Shown here in pieces: positions 1 through 14,400 of a stretch of DNA of 64,000 bases (position 1 is the stretch's first letter; each line of letters opens with the position of its first letter). The DNA is from Eledone cirrhosa. Taxonomy: Eukaryota. The notes beneath the pieces were generated by a model. The model did not search any database and had not been told where the DNA came from. It was given only the letters and a program-made list of their open reading frames with translations. The stretch is taken from the NCBI GenBank assembly GCA_964016885.1, contig OZ024759.1, forward strand, positions 930,001-994,000, given 5' to 3'. The position numbers and the translations under genes are program-made.

Positions 1-449
1 GCATGACAAAGTCTATATTAGTAACATGACAAAGTCTATATTAGTAACATGACACAGTCTATATTAGTAACATGACAAAGTCTATATTAGTAACATGACA
101 AAGTCTATATTAGTAACATGACAGTCTATATTAGTAACATGACAAAGTCTATATTAGTAACATGACAAAGTCTCTATTAGTAACATGACAAAGTCTATAT
201 TAGTAACATGACAGTCTATATAATAACATGACAAAGTCTCTATTAGTAACATGACAAAGTCTATATTAGTAACATGACAGTCTATATTAGTAACATGACA
301 AAGTCTATATTAGTAACATGACAGTCTATATTGTAACATGACACAGTCTATATTAGTAACATGACACAGTTTATATTAGTAACATGACATAGTCTATATT
401 AGTAACATGACAAAGTCTATATTAGTAACATGACAGTCTATATTAGTAA

Positions 450-3400
450 CATGACAAAGTCTATATTAGTAACATGACAAAGTCTATATTAGTAACATGA
501 CAAAGTCTATATTAGTAACATGACAAAGTCTATATTAGTAACATGACAGTCTATATTGTAACATGACACAGTCTCTATTAGTAACATGACACAGTCTATA
601 TTAGTAACATGACAGTCTATATTAGTAACATGACAAAGTCTATATTAGTAACATGACGGTCTATATTAGTAACATGACAGTCTATATTAGTAGCATGACA
701 AAGTCTATATTAGTAACATGACACAGTCTATATTAGTAACATGACACAGTCTATATTAGTAACATGACACAGTATATATTAGTAACATGACACAGTCTAT
801 ATTAGTAGCATGACAAAGTCTATATTAGTAACATGACACAGTCTATATTAGTAACATGACACAGTCTATATTAGTAACATGACACAGTCTATATTAGTAA
901 CATGACAAAGTCTATATTAGTAACGTGACACAGTCTATATTAGTAACATGACAAAGTCTATATTAGTAACATGACAGTCTATATTAGTAACATGACAGTC
1001 TATATTAGTAGCATGACAAAGTCTATATTAGTAACATGACAAAGTCTATATTAGTAACATGACACAGTCTATATTAGTAACATGACACAGTCTATATTAG
1101 TAACATGACAGTCTATATTAGTAGCATGACAAAGTCTATATTAGTAACATGACACAGTCTATATTAGTAACATGACAAAGTCTATATTAGTAACATGACA
1201 GTCTATATTAGTAACATGACACAGTCTATATTAGTAACATGACACAGTCTATATTAGTAACATGACAAAGTCTATATTAGTAACATGACAAAGTCTATAT
1301 TAGTAACATGACAGTCTATATTAGTAACATGACAAAGTCTATATTAGTAACATGACACAGTCTATATTAGTAACATGACAAAGTCTCTATTAATAACATG
1401 ACAAAGTCTATATTAGTAACATGACAGTCTATATTAGTAACATGACAAAGTCTCTATTAGTAACATGGCAAAGTCTATATTAGTAACATGACAGTCTATA
1501 TTAGTAACATGACAAAGTCTATATTAGTAACATGACAGTCTATATTGTAACATGACACATTCTATATTAGTAACATGACACAGTCTATATTAGTAACATG
1601 ACAGTCTATATTAGTAACATGACAAAGTCTATATTAGTAACATGACAAAGTCTATATTAGTAACATGACACAGTCTATATTAGTAGCATGACACAGTCTA
1701 TATTAGTAACATGACAAAGTCTATATTAGTAACATGACACAGTCTATATTAGTAACATGACAAAGTCTATATTAGTAACATGACACAGTCTATATTAGTA
1801 ACATGACATAGTCTATATTAGTAACATGACAAAGTCTATATTAGTAACATGACAGTCTATATTAGTAACATGACAAAGTCTATATTAGTAGCATGACAAA
1901 GTCTATATTAGTAACATGACACAGTCTATATTAGTAACGTGACAATCTATATTAGTAACATGACACAGTCTATATTAGTAACATGACAAAGTCTATATTA
2001 GTAGCATGACAAAGTCTATATTAGTAACATGACAGTCTATATTAGTAGCATGACAAAGTCTATATTAGTAGCATGACAAGGTCTATATTAGTAGCATGAC
2101 ACAGTCTATATTAGTAACATGACACAGTCTATATTAGTAACATGACACAGTCTATATTAGTAACATGACAAAGTCTATTTTAGTAGCATGACAAAGTCTA
2201 TATTAGCAACATGACAAAGTCTATATTAGTAACATAACACAGTCTATATTATTAACATGACAAAGTCTATATTAGTAACATGACAAAGTCTATATTAGTA
2301 ACATGACACAGTCTATATTAGTAACATGACAAAGTCTATATTAGTAACATGACAAAGTCTATATTAGTAACATGACACAGTGTATATTAGTAATATGACA
2401 GTCTATATTAGTAGCATGACAAAGTCTATATTAGTAACATGACAAAGTCTATATTAGTAACATGACACAGTCTATATTAGTAACATGACACAGTCTATAT
2501 TAGTAACATGACACAGTCTATATTAGTAACATGACAAAGTCTATATTAGTAACATGGCAAAGTCTATATTAGTAACATGACAAAGTCTATATTAGTAACA
2601 TGACAAGGTCTATATTAGTAACATGACACAGTCTATATTAGTAACATGACAAAGTCTATATTAGTAACATGACACAGTCTATATTAGTAACATGCCAAAG
2701 TCTATATTAGTAGCATGACAAAGTCTATATTAGTAGCATGACACAGTCTATATTAGTAACATGACACAGTCTATATTAGTAACATGACACAGTCTATATT
2801 AGTAGCATGACAAAGTCTATATTAGTAACATGACAAAGTCTATATTAGTAACATGAGAAAGTCTATATTAGTACCATGACACAGTCTATATTACTAACAT
2901 GACAAAGTCTATATTAGTAACATGACAAAGTCTATATTAGTAACATGACAAAGTCTATATTAGTAACATGACACAGTCTATATTAGTAACATGACAAAGT
3001 CTATATTAGTAACATGACACAGTCTATATTAGTAACATGACAAAGTCTATATTAGTAGCATGACAAAGTCTATATTAGTAACATGACACAGTCTATATTA
3101 GTAACATGACAAAGTCTATATTAGTAACATGACAAAGTCTATATTAGTAACATGACAAAGTCTATATTAGTAACATGACTAAGTCTATATTAGTAACATG
3201 ACACAGTCTATATTAGTAACATGACAGTCTATATTAGTAGCATGACAAAGTCTATATTAGTAACATGACAAAGTCTATATTAGTAACATGACACAGTCTA
3301 TATTAGTAACATGACACAGTGTATATTAGTAACATGACAGTGTATATTAGTAACATGACAAAGTCTATATTAGTAACATGGCAAAGTCTATGTTAGTAAC

Positions 3401-6400
3401 ATGACAAAGTCTATATTAGTAACATGACAGTCTATATTAGTAACATGACACATTCTATATTAGTAACATGACAAAGTCTATATTAGTAGCATGACAAAGT
3501 CTATATTAGTAACATGACAGTCTATATTAGTAACATGCCAAAGTCTATATTAGTAGCATGACAAAGTCTATATTAGTAGCATGACACAGTCTATATTAGT
3601 AACATGACACAGTCTATATTAGTAACATGACACAGTCTATATTTGTAGCATGACAAAGTCTATATTAGTAACATGACAAAGTCTATATTAGTAACATGAC
3701 ACAGTCTATATTAGTAACATGACAAAGTCTATATTAGTAACATGACAAAGTCTATATTAGTAACATGACACAGTGTATATTAGTAATATGACAGTCTATA
3801 TTAGTAGCATGACAAAGTCTATATTAGTAACATGACAAAGTCTATATTAGTAACATGACACAGTCTATATTAGTAACATGACACAGTCTATATTAGTAAC
3901 ATGACACAGTCTATATTAGTAACATGACAAAGTCTATATTAGTAACATGGCAAAGTCTATATTAGTAACATGACAAAGTCTATATTAGTAACATGACAAG
4001 GTCTATATTAGTAACATGACACAGTCTATATTAGTAACATGACAAAGTCTATATTAGTAACATGACACAGTCTATATTAGTAACATGCCAAAGTCTATAT
4101 TAGTAGCATGACAAAGTCTATATTAGTAGCATGACACAGTCTATATTAGTAACATGACACAGTCTATATTAGTAACATGACACAGTCTATATTAGTAGCA
4201 TGACAAAGTCTATATTAGTAACATGACAAAGTCTATATTAGTAACATGAGAAAGTCTATATTAGTAACATGACACAGTCTATATTAGTAACATGACAAAG
4301 TCTATATTAGTAACATGACACAGTCTATATTAGTAACATGACACAGTCTATATTAGTAACATGACAAAGTCTATATTAGTAGCATGACCAAGTCTATATT
4401 AGTAACATGACAAAGTCTATATTAGTAACATGACACAGTCTATATTAGTAACATGACAAAGTCTATATTAGTAACATGACGGTCTATATTAGTAACATGA
4501 CAGTCTATATTAGTAGCATGACAAAGTCTATATTAGTAACATGACACAGTCTATATTAGTAACATGACACAGTCTATATTAGTAACATGACACAGTCTAT
4601 ATTAGTAACATGACAAAGTCTATATTAGTAGCATGACAAAGTCTATATTAGTAACATGACACAGTCTATATTAGTAACATGACACAGTCTATATTAGTAA
4701 CATGACATAGTCTATATTAGTAACATGACAAAGTCTATATTAGTAGCATGACACAGTCTAAATTAGTAACATGACACAGTCTATATTAGTAACATGACAG
4801 TCTATATTAGTAACATGACACAGTCTATATTAGTAACATGACAAAGTCTATATTAGTAGTATGACAAAGTCTATATTAGTAACATGACAGTCTATATTAG
4901 TAACATGACAAAGTCTATATTAGTAGCATGACAAAGTCTATATTAGTAGCATGATACAGTCTATATTAGTAACATGACACAGTCTATATTAGTAACATGA
5001 CACAGTCTATATTAGTAACATGACAAAGTCTATATTAGTAGCATAACAAAGTCTATATTAGTAACATGACAAAGTCTATATTAGTAACATGACACAGTCT
5101 ATATTAGTAACATGACAAAGTCTATATTAGGAACATGACAGTCTATATTAGTAACATGACACAGTCTATATTAGTAACATGACAAAGTCTATATTAGTAA
5201 CATGACACAGTCTATATTAGTAACATGACACAGTCTATATTAGTAACATGACACAGTTTATATTAGTAACATGACAACGTCTATATTATTAACATGACAA
5301 AGTCTATATTAGTAACATGGCAGTCTATATTAGTAACATGACAAAGTCTATATTAGTAACATGACACAGTCTATATTAGTAACATGACAAAGACTCTATT
5401 AGTAACATGACAAAGTCTATATTAGTAACATGACAGTCTATATTAGTAACATGACAAAATCTATATTAGTAACATGACAGTCTATATTAGTAACATGACA
5501 AAGTCTATATTAGTAACATGACAGTCTATATCGTACCATGACACAGTCTATATTAGTAACATGACATAGTCTATATTAGTAACATGACAAAGTCTATATT
5601 AGTAACATGACAGTCTATATTGTAACATGACACAGTCTATATTAGTAACATGACACAGTCTATATTAGTAACATGACAGTCTATATTAGTAACATGACAC
5701 AGTCTATATTAGTAACATGACACAGTCTATATTAGTAACATGACAGTCTATATTAGTAGCATGGCAATGTCTATATTAGTAACATGACACAGTCTATATT
5801 GTAACATGACACAGTCTATATTAGTAACATGACACAGTCTATATTAGTAACATGACAGTCTATATTAGTAACATGACAAAGTCTATATTAGTAACATGAC
5901 AAAGTCTATATTAGTAACATGACAAAGTCTATATTAGTAACATGACAAAGTCTATATTAGTAACATGACAGTCTATATTGTAACATGACACAGTCTCTAT
6001 TAGTAACATGACACAGTCTATATTAGTAACATGACAGTCTATATTAGTAACATGACAAAGTCTATATTAGTAACATGACGGTCTATATTAGTAACATGAC
6101 AGTCTATATTAGTAGCATGACAAAGTCTATATTAGTAACATGACACAGTCTATATTAGTAACATGACACAGTCTATATTAGTAACATGACACAGTATATA
6201 TTAGTAACATGACACAGTCTATATTAGTAGCATGACAAAGTCTATATTAGTAACATGACACAGTCTATATTAGTAACATGACACAGTCTATATTAGTAAC
6301 ATGACACAGTCTATATTAGTAACATGACAAAGTCTATATTAGTAACGTGACACAGTCTATATTAGTAACATGACAAAGTCTATATTAGTAACATGACAGT

Positions 6401-8400
6401 CTATATTAGTAACATGACAGTCTATATTAGTAGCATGACAAAGTCTATATTAGTAACATGACAAAGTCTATATTAGTAACATGACACAGTCTATATTAGT
6501 AACATGACACAGTCTATATTAGTAACATGACAGTCTATATTAGTAGCATGACAAAGTCTATATTAGTAACATGACACAGTCTATATTAGTAACATGACAA
6601 AGTCTATATTAGTAACATGACAGTCTATATTAGTAACATGACACAGTCTATATTAGTAACATGACACAGTCTATATTAGTAACATGACAAAGTCTATATT
6701 AGTAACATGACAAAGTCTATATTAGTAACATGACAGTCTATATTAGTAACATGACAAAGTCTATATTAGTAACATGACACAGTCTATATTAGTAACATGA
6801 CAAAGTCTCTATTAATAACATGACAAAGTCTATATTAGTAACATGACAGTCTATATTAGTAACATGACAAAGTCTCTATTAGTAACATGGCAAAGTCTAT
6901 ATTAGTAACATGACAGTCTATATTAGTAACATGACAAAGTCTATATTAGTAACATGACAGTCTATATTGTAACATGACACATTCTATATTAGTAACATGA
7001 CACAGTCTATATTAGTAACATGACAGTCTATATTAGTAACATGACAAAGTCTATATTAGTAACATGACAAAGTCTATATTAGTAACATGACACAGTCTAT
7101 ATTAGTAGCATGACACAGTCTATATTAGTAACATGACAAAGTCTATATTAGTAACATGACACAGTCTATATTAGTAACATGACAAAGTCTATATTAGTAA
7201 CATGACACAGTCTATATTAGTAACATGACATAGTCTATATTAGTAACATGACAAAGTCTATATTAGTAACATGACAGTCTATATTAGTAACATGACAAAG
7301 TCTATATTAGTAGCATGACAAAGTCTATATTAGTAACATGACACAGTCTATATTAGTAACGTGACAATCTATATTAGTAACATGACACAGTCTATATTAG
7401 TAACATGACAAAGTCTATATTAGTAGCATGACAAAGTCTATATTAGTAACATGACAGTCTATATTAGTAGCATGACAAAGTCTATATTAGTAGCATGACA
7501 AGGTCTATATTAGTAGCATGACACAGTCTATATTAGTAACATGACACAGTCTATATTAGTAACATGACACAGTCTATATTAGTAACATGACAAAGTCTAT
7601 TTTAGTAGCATGACAAAGTCTATATTAGCAACATGACAAAGTCTATATTAGTAACATAACACAGTCTATATTATTAACATGACAAAGTCTATATTAGTAA
7701 CATGACAAAGTCTATATTAGTAACATGACACAGTCTATATTAGTAACATGACAAAGTCTATATTAGTAACATGACAAAGTCTATATTAGTAACATGACAC
7801 AGTGTATATTAGTAATATGACAGTCTATATTAGTAGCATGACAAAGTCTATATTAGTAACATGACAAAGTCTATATTAGTAACATGACACAGTCTATATT
7901 AGTAACATGACACAGTCTATATTAGTAACATGACACAGTCTATATTAGTAACATGACAAAGTCTATATTAGTAACATGGCAAAGTCTATATTAGTAACAT
8001 GACAAAGTCTATATTAGTAACATGACAAGGTCTATATTAGTAACATGACACAGTCTATATTAGTAACATGACAAAGTCTATATTAGTAACATGACACAGT
8101 CTATATTAGTAACATGCCAAAGTCTATATTAGTAGCATGACAAAGTCTATATTAGTAGCATGACACAGTCTATATTAGTAACATGACACAGTCTATATTA
8201 GTAACATGACACAGTCTATATTAGTAGCATGACAAAGTCTATATTAGTAACATGACAAAGTCTATATTAGTAACATGAGAAAGTCTATATTAGTACCATG
8301 ACACAGTCTATATTACTAACATGACAAAGTCTATATTAGTAACATGACAAAGTCTATATTAGTAACATGACAAAGTCTATATTAGTAACATGACACAGTC
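450..8400 (+). repeat. Higher-order duplication, offset 5422 bp (~450-2980 vs ~5870-8400)
   Basis: GACGGTC at 655 and 6077; GAGAAAG...GTACC...TTACTAA at 2855 and 8277; intervening rare variants occur in the same order. Confidence 0.9.
2260..4280 (+). repeat. Internal ~0.6-kb block duplicated at offset 1393 bp
   Basis: TGTATATTAGTAATATG at 2381 and 3774; GAGAAAG at 2855 and 4248; GGCAAAG, CAAGGTC and GCCAAAG in the same order between them. Confidence 0.85.
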
Positions 8401-11400
8401 TATATTAGTAACATGACACAGTATATATTAGTAACATGACACAGTCTATATTAGTAGCATGACAAAGTCTATATTAGTAACATGACACAGTCTATATTAG
8501 TAACATGACACAGTCTATATTAGTAACATGACACAGTCTATATTAGTAACATGACAAAGTCTATATTAGTAACGTGACACAGTCTATATTAGTAACATGA
8601 CAAAGTCTATATTAGTAACATGACAGTCTATATTAGTAACATGACAGTCTATATTAGTAGCATGACAAAGTCTATATTAGTAACATGACAAAGTCTATAT
8701 TAGTAACATGACACAGTCTATATTAGTAACATGACACAGTCTATATTAGTAACATGACAGTCTATATTAGTAGCATGACAAAGTCTATATTAGTAACATG
8801 ACACAGTCTATATTAGTAACATGACAAAGTCTATATTAGTAACATGACAGTCTATATTAGTAACATGACACAGTCTATATTAGTAACATGACACAGTCTA
8901 TATTAGTAACATGACAAAGTCTATATTAGTAACATGACAAAGTCTATATTAGTAACATGACAGTCTATATTAGTAACATGACAAAGTCTATATTAGTAAC
9001 ATGACACAGTCTATATTAGTAACATGACAAAGTCTCTATTAATAACATGACAAAGTCTATATTAGTAACATGACAGTCTATATTAGTAACATGACAAAGT
9101 CTCTATTAGTAACATGGCAAAGTCTATATTAGTAACATGACAGTCTATATTAGTAACATGACAAAGTCTATATTAGTAACATGACAGTCTATATTGTAAC
9201 ATGACACATTCTATATTAGTAACATGACACAGTCTATATTAGTAACATGACAGTCTATATTAGTAACATGACAAAGTCTATATTAGTAACATGACAAAGT
9301 CTATATTAGTAACATGACACAGTCTATATTAGTAGCATGACACAGTCTATATTAGTAACATGACAAAGTCTATATTAGTAACATGACACAGTCTATATTA
9401 GTAACATGACAAAGTCTATATTAGTAACATGACACAGTCTATATTAGTAACATGACATAGTCTATATTAGTAACATGACAAAGTCTATATTAGTAACATG
9501 ACAGTCTATATTAGTAACATGACAAAGTCTATATTAGTAGCATGACAAAGTCTATATTAGTAACATGACACAGTCTATATTAGTAACGTGACAATCTATA
9601 TTAGTAACATGACACAGTCTATATTAGTAACATGACACATTCTATATTAGTAACATGACACAGTCTATATTAGTAACATGACAGTCTATATTAGTAGCAT
9701 GACAAAGTCTATATTAGTAGCATGACAAGGTCTATATTAGTAGCATGACACAGTCTATATTAGTAACATGACACAGTCTATATTAGTAACATGACACAGT
9801 CTATATTAGTAACATGACAAAGTCTATTTTAGTAGCATGACAAAGTCTATATTAGCAACATGACAAAGTCTATATTAGTAACATAACACAGTCTATATTA
9901 TTAACATGACAAAGTCTATATTAGTAACATGACAGTCTATATTAGTAACATGACAAAGTCTATATTAGTAACATGACACAGTCTATATTAGTAACATGAC
10001 AAAGTCTCTATTAATAACATGACAAAGTCTATATTAGTAACATGACAGTCTATATTAGTAACATGACAAAGTCTCTATTAGTAACATGGCAAAGTCTATA
10101 TTAGTAACATGACAGTCTATATTAGTAACATGACAAAGTCTATATTAGTAACATGACAGTCTATATTGTAACATGACACATTCTATATTAGTAACATGAC
10201 ACAGTCTATATTAGTAACATGACAGTCTATATTAGTAACATGACAAAGTCTATATTAGTAACATGACAAAGTCTATATTAGTAACATGACACAGTCTATA
10301 TTAGTAGCATGACACAGTCTATATTAGTAACATGACAAAGTCTATATTAGTAACATGACACAGTCTATATTAGTAACATGACAAAGTCTATATTAGTAAC
10401 ATGACACAGTCTATATTAGTAACATGACATAGTCTATATTAGTAACATGACAAAGTCTATATTAGTAACATGACAGTCTATATTAGTAACATGACAAAGT
10501 CTATATTAGTAGCATGACAAAGTCTATATTAGTAACATGACACAGTCTATATTAGTAACGTGACAATCTATATTAGTAACATGACACAGTCTATATTAGT
10601 AACATGACAAAGTCTATATTAGTAGCATGACAAAGTCTATATTAGTAACATGACAGTCTATATTAGTAGCATGACAAAGTCTATATTAGTAGCATGACAA
10701 GGTCTATATTAGTAGCATGACACAGTCTATATTAGTAACATGACACAGTCTATATTAGTAACATGACACAGTCTATATTAGTAACATGACAAAGTCTATT
10801 TTAGTAGCATGACAAAGTCTATATTAGCAACATGACAAAGTCTATATTAGTAACATAACACAGTCTATATTATTAACATGACAAAGTCTATATTAGTAAC
10901 ATGACAAAGTCTATATTAGTAACATGACACAGTCTATATTAGTAACATGACAAAGTCTATATTAGTAACATGACAAAGTCTATATTAGTAACATGACACA
11001 GTCTATATTAGTAACATGACACAGTGTATATTAGTAACATGACAGTGTATATTAGTAACATGACAAAGTCTATATTAGTAACATGGCAAAGTCTATGTTA
11101 GTAACATGACAAAGTCTATATTAGTAACATGACAGTCTATATTAGTAACATGACACATTCTATATTAGTAACATGACAAAGTCTATATTAGTAGCATGAC
11201 AAAGTCTATATTAGTAACATGACAGTCTATATTAGTAACATGCCAAAGTCTATATTAGTAGCATGACAAAGTCTATATTAGTAGCATGACACAGTCTATA
11301 TTAGTAACATGACACAGTCTATATTAGTAACATGACACAGTCTATATTTGTAGCATGACAAAGTCTATATTAGTAACATGACAAAGTCTATATTAGTAAC

Positions 11401-14400
11401 ATGACACAGTCTATATTAGTAACATGACAAAGTCTATATTAGTAACATGACAAAGTCTATATTAGTAACATGACACAGTGTATATTAGTAATATGACAGT
11501 CTATATTAGTAGCATGACAAAGTCTATATTAGTAACATGACAAAGTCTATATTAGTAACATGACACAGTCTATATTAGTAACATGACACAGTCTATATTA
11601 GTAACATGACACAGTCTATATTAGTAACATGACAAAGTCTATATTAGTAACATGGCAAAGTCTATATTAGTAACATGACAAAGTCTATATTAGTAACATG
11701 ACAAGGTCTATATTAGTAACATGACACAGTCTATATTAGTAACATGACAAAGTCTATATTAGTAACATGACACAGTCTATATTAGTAACATGCCAAAGTC
11801 TATATTAGTAGCATGACAAAGTCTATATTAGTAGCATGACACAGTCTATATTAGTAACATGACACAGTCTATATTAGTAACATGACACAGTCTATATTAG
11901 TAGCATGACAAAGTCTATATTAGTAACATGACAAAGTCTATATTAGTAACATGAGAAAGTCTATATTAGTAACATGACACAGTCTATATTAGTAACATGA
12001 CAAAGTCTATATTAGTAACATGACACAGTCTATATTAGTAACATGACACAGTCTATATTAGTAACATGACAAAGTCTATATTAGTAGCATGACCAAGTCT
12101 ATATTAGTAACATGACAAAGTCTATATTAGTAACATGACACAGTCTATATTAGTAACATGACAAAGTCTATATTAGTAACATGACGGTCTATATTAGTAA
12201 CATGACAGTCTATATTAGTAGCATGACAAAGTCTATATTAGTAACATGACACAGTCTATATTAGTAACATGACACAGTCTATATTAGTAACATGACACAG
12301 TCTATATTAGTAACATGACAAAGTCTATATTAGTAGCATGACAAAGTCTATATTAGTAACATGACACAGTCTATATTAGTAACATGACACAGTCTATATT
12401 AGTAACATGACATAGTCTATATTAGTAACATGACAAAGTCTATATTAGTAGCATGACACAGTCTAAATTAGTAACATGACACAGTCTATATTAGTAACAT
12501 GACAGTCTATATTAGTAACATGACACAGTCTATATTAGTAACATGACAAAGTCTATATTAGTAGTATGACAAAGTCTATATTAGTAACATGACAGTCTAT
12601 ATTAGTAACATGACAAAGTCTATATTAGTAGCATGACAAAGTCTATATTAGTAGCATGATACAGTCTATATTAGTAACATGACACAGTCTATATTAGTAA
12701 CATGACACAGTCTATATTAGTAACATGACAAAGTCTATATTAGTAGCATAACAAAGTCTATATTAGTAACATGACAAAGTCTATATTAGTAACATGACAC
12801 AGTCTATATTAGTAACATGACAAAGTCTATATTAGGAACATGACAGTCTATATTAGTAACATGACACAGTCTATATTAGTAACATGACAAAGTCTATATT
12901 AGTAACATGACACAGTCTATATTAGTAACATGACACAGTCTATATTAGTAACATGACACAGTTTATATTAGTAACATGACAACGTCTATATTATTAACAT
13001 GACAAAGTCTATATTAGTAACATGGCAGTCTATATTAGTAACATGACAAAGTCTATATTAGTAACATGACACAGTCTATATTAGTAACATGACAAAGACT
13101 CTATTAGTAACATGACAAAGTCTATATTAGTAACATGACAGTCTATATTAGTAACATGACAAAATCTATATTAGTAACATGACAGTCTATATTAGTAACA
13201 TGACAAAGTCTATATTAGTAACATGACAGTCTATATCGTACCATGACACAGTCTATATTAGTAACATGACATAGTCTATATTAGTAACATGACAAAGTCT
13301 ATATTAGTAACATGACAGTCTATATTGTAACATGACACAGTCTATATTAGTAACATGACACAGTCTATATTAGTAACATGACAGTCTATATTAGTAACAT
13401 GACACAGTCTATATTAGTAACATGACACAGTCTATATTAGTAACATGACAGTCTATATTAGTAGCATGGCAATGTCTATATTAGTAACATGACACAGTCT
13501 ATATTGTAACATGACACAGTCTATATTAGTAACATGACACAGTCTATATTAGTAACATGACAGTCTATATTAGTAACATGACAAAGTCTATATTAGTAAC
13601 ATGACAAAGTCTATATTAGTAACATGACAAAGTCTATATTAGTAACATGACAAAGTCTATATTAGTAACATGACAGTCTATATTGTAACATGACACAGTC
13701 TCTATTAGTAACATGACACAGTCTATATTAGTAACATGACAGTCTATATTAGTAACATGACAAAGTCTATATTAGTAACATGACGGTCTATATTAGTAAC
13801 ATGACAGTCTATATTAGTAGCATGACAAAGTCTATATTAGTAACATGACACAGTCTATATTAGTAACATGACACAGTCTATATTAGTAACATGACACAGT
13901 ATATATTAGTAACATGACACAGTCTATATTAGTAGCATGACAAAGTCTATATTAGTAACATGACACAGTCTATATTAGTAACATGACACAGTCTATATTA
14001 GTAACATGACACAGTCTATATTAGTAACATGACAAAGTCTATATTAGTAACGTGACACAGTCTATATTAGTAACATGACAAAGTCTATATTAGTAACATG
14101 ACAGTCTATATTAGTAACATGACAGTCTATATTAGTAGCATGACAAAGTCTATATTAGTAACATGACAAAGTCTATATTAGTAACATGACACAGTCTATA
14201 TTAGTAACATGACACAGTCTATATTAGTAACATGACAGTCTATATTAGTAGCATGACAAAGTCTATATTAGTAACATGACACAGTCTATATTAGTAACAT
14301 GACAAAGTCTATATTAGTAACATGACAGTCTATATTAGTAACATGACACAGTCTATATTAGTAACATGACACAGTCTATATTAGTAACATGACAAAGTCT

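Noticed and set aside
12-24. TATA-like promoter element (CTATATTA) in each monomer
   Set aside because: Expected by chance in a ~72% AT monomer, with no downstream gene or other support.
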